From positions 160,001 through 224,000 of the forward strand of contig CBDASK010000003.1 of the NCBI GenBank assembly GCA_965199495.1: a stretch of DNA of 64,000 nt. The letters run 5' to 3'. The notes under the pieces were generated by a model, which worked only from the letters and a program-made list of their open reading frames with translations, searched no databases and was not told where the DNA came from. The translations under genes were made by a program, and so were the position numbers. Of this stretch, positions 61,221 through 64,000 are shown piece after piece (position 1 is the first letter of the stretch; each line of letters starts with the position of its first letter). Source of the DNA: Abditibacterium sp. (GTDB taxonomy: Bacteria; Armatimonadota; Abditibacteriia; Abditibacteriales; Abditibacteriaceae).

Positions 61221-61526
61221 TTATGCGCCCTCGAATATCTCTTTGAGACGGCCATCGTTTTCGCCGGGGGCGAGCGTGACCATCGCTTTTTTGTAATCCG
61301 GAACTTTGCCGGGGCGACCTTTGCCGACCTGTTTGTGTTTACCCTTGATGATCAAGGTATTGACCGTGGCCACCTTGACGCCGAAGGCTTCCTGAATCGC
61401 GTCTTTGATCTCGATTTTGTTCGCTGCCGTGCTGCACTTGAAGGTGTAGCGGTCGTTCATCGAAGCTTTCACGCTCTTTTCGGTGATAATCGGACGCTCG
61501 ATGATTTGATGTAAAGGCTTTTTCAT
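61221..61526 (-). CDS. rplW: 50S ribosomal protein L23
   Basis: PIITEKS, ANKIEIK, KKAMVTL. Confidence 0.96.
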   Translation of the reverse strand: MKKPLHQIIERPIITEKSVKASMNDRYTFKCSTAANKIEIKDAIQEAFGVKVATVNTLIIKGKHKQVGKGRPGKVPDYKKAMVTLAPGENDGRLKEIFEGA

Positions 61527-62179
61527 GCTGCCACCTCATTTTCTTTACCCTTGCCGACGATGCGTTCGCTCAAATCGCCCCAAGCTCCGGTCGTGCAAAG
61601 CACGATTTCGCTGCCCAGAACGTCGGACAAACTCGTCATGTTCACGCTCTGCGCCTTGACTTTAGGCAAGTTGCGCGCGCTAAGTCCCACGTTTTCTTCG
61701 CCCGCGCCCACCAGAACCAGCACTTTTTTACCGGTGAATTCCAGCGCGGCCAAAAGTGCGACGAAGGCTTTGGTCGAAGGCTTGTCCATCGTGACGCCGT
61801 CGAGAACGACGAGCGCATCGTTTTGCAAGCGCGAGTTGAGCGCCGTGCGAAACGCCGCCTGACGCATTTTGCGCGGCGTGTTCTGCGAGTAATCGCGCGG
61901 ACTTGGGCCATGAACGACGCCGCCGCCACGCATATGCGGGACGCGCTTGTCGCCCTGACGCGAACGTCCGGTGCCTTTCTGGCGGCGAATTTTGACGCCA
62001 GAACCGGACACTTCATCGCGCCGTTTGGTCTTGGAGGTGCCCTGACGCTTGCCCGCCAACTCCGCCACAAGAACTTGGTGAACCAGAGAAACTTTGGAGT
62101 CCGCGTTGGCGAGCTTATCGGGGGCGGGGAGCGTGCCGGTGGCTGCTCCTTCGCCGTTGTAGATTTTAATATCTGCCAT
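61523..62179 (-). CDS. rplD: 50S ribosomal protein L4
   Basis: RQGTSKTK, RQKGTGRSRQG, GGGVVHGP. Confidence 0.97.
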   Translation of the reverse strand: MADIKIYNGEGAATGTLPAPDKLANADSKVSLVHQVLVAELAGKRQGTSKTKRRDEVSGSGVKIRRQKGTGRSRQGDKRVPHMRGGGVVHGPSPRDYSQNTPRKMRQAAFRTALNSRLQNDALVVLDGVTMDKPSTKAFVALLAALEFTGKKVLVLVGAGEENVGLSARNLPKVKAQSVNMTSLSDVLGSEIVLCTTGAWGDLSERIVGKGKENEVAA

Positions 62180-62305
62180 TGTGTGTGTTTCGCGTCTCAA
62201 TGCCGACGGACGCGGTTTAGGGTTTTGTAGGCTCGTCGTCAGCCGGGGATTGTTCTTCGCGGTTTAAATTGCCGCACAACGCGCCGTTCGTCGCGTTGAT
62301 ATTTA

Positions 62306-62433
62306 CCCGTGCCCCGTAGGGGCGGGGTTCCCCCGCCCAAAATGTATCGCCCGCCGAAACGTTAATGATTAATTTCGACGTTCTGCGTGCATTGACATTT
62401 GGGCGGGGGAACCCCGCCCCTACGGGGCACGGG
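62306..62433. repeat. REPIN family B
   Basis: Arms of about 36 bp. Confidence 0.92.
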
Positions 62434-62471
62434 CGAATTATTATCAATTAGCGTGTGCAGCCACGTCGCCT

Positions 62472-63131
62472 TTAATAAGTCCGAAACTCTTCGGGAATCT
62501 TTTCCCAATCGGTATCAAACAATTTCAAACCAATATCGGTCAACGGATTGTTGATCAACATCTTGAACAGCTTCATCGGCATAGTAGCCACGTCGGAACC
62601 GGCCAACGCCGCATCGCGAATGTGGAGCGTCGAGCGCGTCGAGGCGGTCAGGATTTGCGTAGAGAAATCGTAGTTGTCGTAGATTTTGCGAATCTGACGG
62701 ACGACTTCCATGCCTTCCAAACCGATGTCGTCTTCGCGTCCGATGAACGGCGAAATGTAGGTCGCGCCGACTTTGGCCGCCAACAACGCCTGCACGCTCG
62801 AAAAGCACAACGTCACGTTGGTTTTGATGCCTTCGTCGGTGAAGACTTTGACCGCTTTGATGCCTTCGGCGGTGAGCGGCACTTTGACCACGACGTTGGG
62901 CGCGATGTCGGCCAGAAAGCGGCCCTGTCGCAGCATTTCGTCTTTGCCGGGCGCGGTCACTTCGGCGGAGACGGGGCCGGGCACCATTTCGCAAATCTGT
63001 TTGACCAGAGCGGTGAAGTTGGTGTTGGCCTTGGCAACGTGCGAAGGATTGGTGGTGATGCCATCCAAAAGCCCGGTTTCCTGGGCCTCCTGGATTTCTT
63101 TGATGTCTGCCGTATCGAGAAAGAATTTCAT
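62472..63131 (-). CDS. fsa: Transaldolase / fructose-6-phosphate aldolase
   Basis: MKFFLDTA, GITTNPS, VVVKVP, TNVTLCFS, YISPFIGR. Confidence 0.93.
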   Translation of the reverse strand: MKFFLDTADIKEIQEAQETGLLDGITTNPSHVAKANTNFTALVKQICEMVPGPVSAEVTAPGKDEMLRQGRFLADIAPNVVVKVPLTAEGIKAVKVFTDEGIKTNVTLCFSSVQALLAAKVGATYISPFIGREDDIGLEGMEVVRQIRKIYDNYDFSTQILTASTRSTLHIRDAALAGSDVATMPMKLFKMLINNPLTDIGLKLFDTDWEKIPEEFRTY

Positions 63132-63206
63132 GATGATTTTCCGTTGGGGGCTTCTCGTTCTGTCGCTTTCCTGCTTTCCTACATTCGCTGAGTGGGTCGC
63201 AACTTC

Positions 63207-63386
63207 AACGTTTAACCCGCTCTGGGCTTCGCCCATCTCCCCCTTCGTAAAGGGGAGAAGCGGCCTTACCGTCCGACGTGGCTGCTACTTTCGACCGCCC
63301 TCAAACTTTTGGCGATGTCGATTGTTATGCCGCCTCTCCCCTTTACGAAGGGGGAGATGGGCGAAGCCCAGAGGGGTTAAAACGTT
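63207..63386. repeat. Palindrome family E
   Basis: CTCTGGGCTTCGCCCATCTCCCCCTTCGTAAAGGGGAGA and its reverse complement. Confidence 0.9.
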
Positions 63387-63397
63387 ATGCTCGCTTC

Positions 63398-63622
63398 CTA
63401 ATTTCGCTTTCCCATTTCCGCTAATTCTCCGGCTTTGTAACATATTACAGAAGCACAAAAGCAAATAAATGATGCTACTGCATTTGTAGCCACGGCATAG
63501 AAGATTCTTTCTTCAGCAGGAGGAACGAATGTCATAAAAGCAGGCTGGATTGCGAGTAGTGCACAATACCCCGCGAACAAAACTCCAATCAAGCCGAAGA
63601 GGAAAGTGAGAAAGCGCAGCAT
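63398..63622 (-). CDS. Small 2-TM protein directly after rplC
   Basis: ATG lies 1 nt after the rplC stop; hydrophobic. Confidence 0.6.
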   Translation of the reverse strand: MLRFLTFLFGLIGVLFAGYCALLAIQPAFMTFVPPAEERIFYAVATNAVASFICFCASVICYKAGELAEMGKRN

Positions 63623-63623
63623 T

Positions 63624-64000
63624 TTACTTCGTAATTTTCAACAAGCCGCCGTTGGCGCCTGGGACGGCGCCTTTGACGATGAGCAAATTGCGTTCGGTGT
63701 CGATTTCGACGACGCTCAAGCCCAATTGGGTGATGGTGTCGTTGCCGTAGCGACCGGGCCTTTTGACGCCGGGGAAGGTGCGGGCCGGATCGGTCGCGCC
63801 GTTGCTGGCGGGTTTGCGGTGAATGCCTTGACCGTGCGAAGCCTTCTGCCCTTTAAAGCCCCAACGCTTGATGACGCCCGAAAAGCCGCGCCCTTTGCTG
63901 GTGCCCTGCACGCGAATCGCATCGCCCACGCTAAACACATCAGCCACGGCGACCGTGCCGCCAGCCTGGGGTTCGTCGCCCTGGGCGATCAAACGAAACT
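63624..64000 (-). CDS. rplC: 50S ribosomal protein L3 (partial, starts beyond window)
   Basis: GTSKGRGFSGVIKRW, VKGAVPG. Confidence 0.97.
   Translation of the reverse strand, partial: FRLIAQGDEPQAGGTVAVADVFSVGDAIRVQGTSKGRGFSGVIKRWGFKGQKASHGQGIHRKPASNGATDPARTFPGVKRPGRYGNDTITQLGLSVVEIDTERNLLIVKGAVPGANGGLLKITK

Overview
This is a GC-rich bacterial chromosomal window, tentatively Abditibacteriota/Armatimonadota; that assignment is an impression from the protein sequences and was not verified. Housekeeping genes are tsaB, rimI, metH, a NUDIX hydrolase, an ABC ATPase, uraH, yeiH/LysR, a multicopper oxidase, siaABCD, sugar-catabolism genes and the rplC-rplO ribosomal cluster. These are interspersed with small accessory patches: three toxin-antitoxin pairs, AT-richer orphans and gene remnants. 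More than 20 long palindromic REP/REPIN/MITE-like elements from about 10 families sit in intergenic gaps. The main highlights are: (1) an uncharacterised 243-aa gene (21814-22545) followed by a promoter- and terminator-bounded ncRNA of about 340 nt, built from two circularly permuted tRNA-like modules (Y-RNA/YrlA-like topology, no Ro60 gene in the window), with a compensatory D-loop/T-loop change; (2) a non-palindromic octamer CGTGGCTG seen about 50 times, equally on both strands, which is uptake-sequence-like behaviour; (3) a 3-kb islet bounded by a duplicated metH 3' end; (4) a 29-bp repeat/37-bp spacer/29-bp repeat inserted in frame in a mazF-like gene; (5) a ribosomal operon interrupted by five non-ribosomal genes and many palindromes, with a 149-nt rpsE/rpmD overlap. 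All calls were made by eye and no searches were run.
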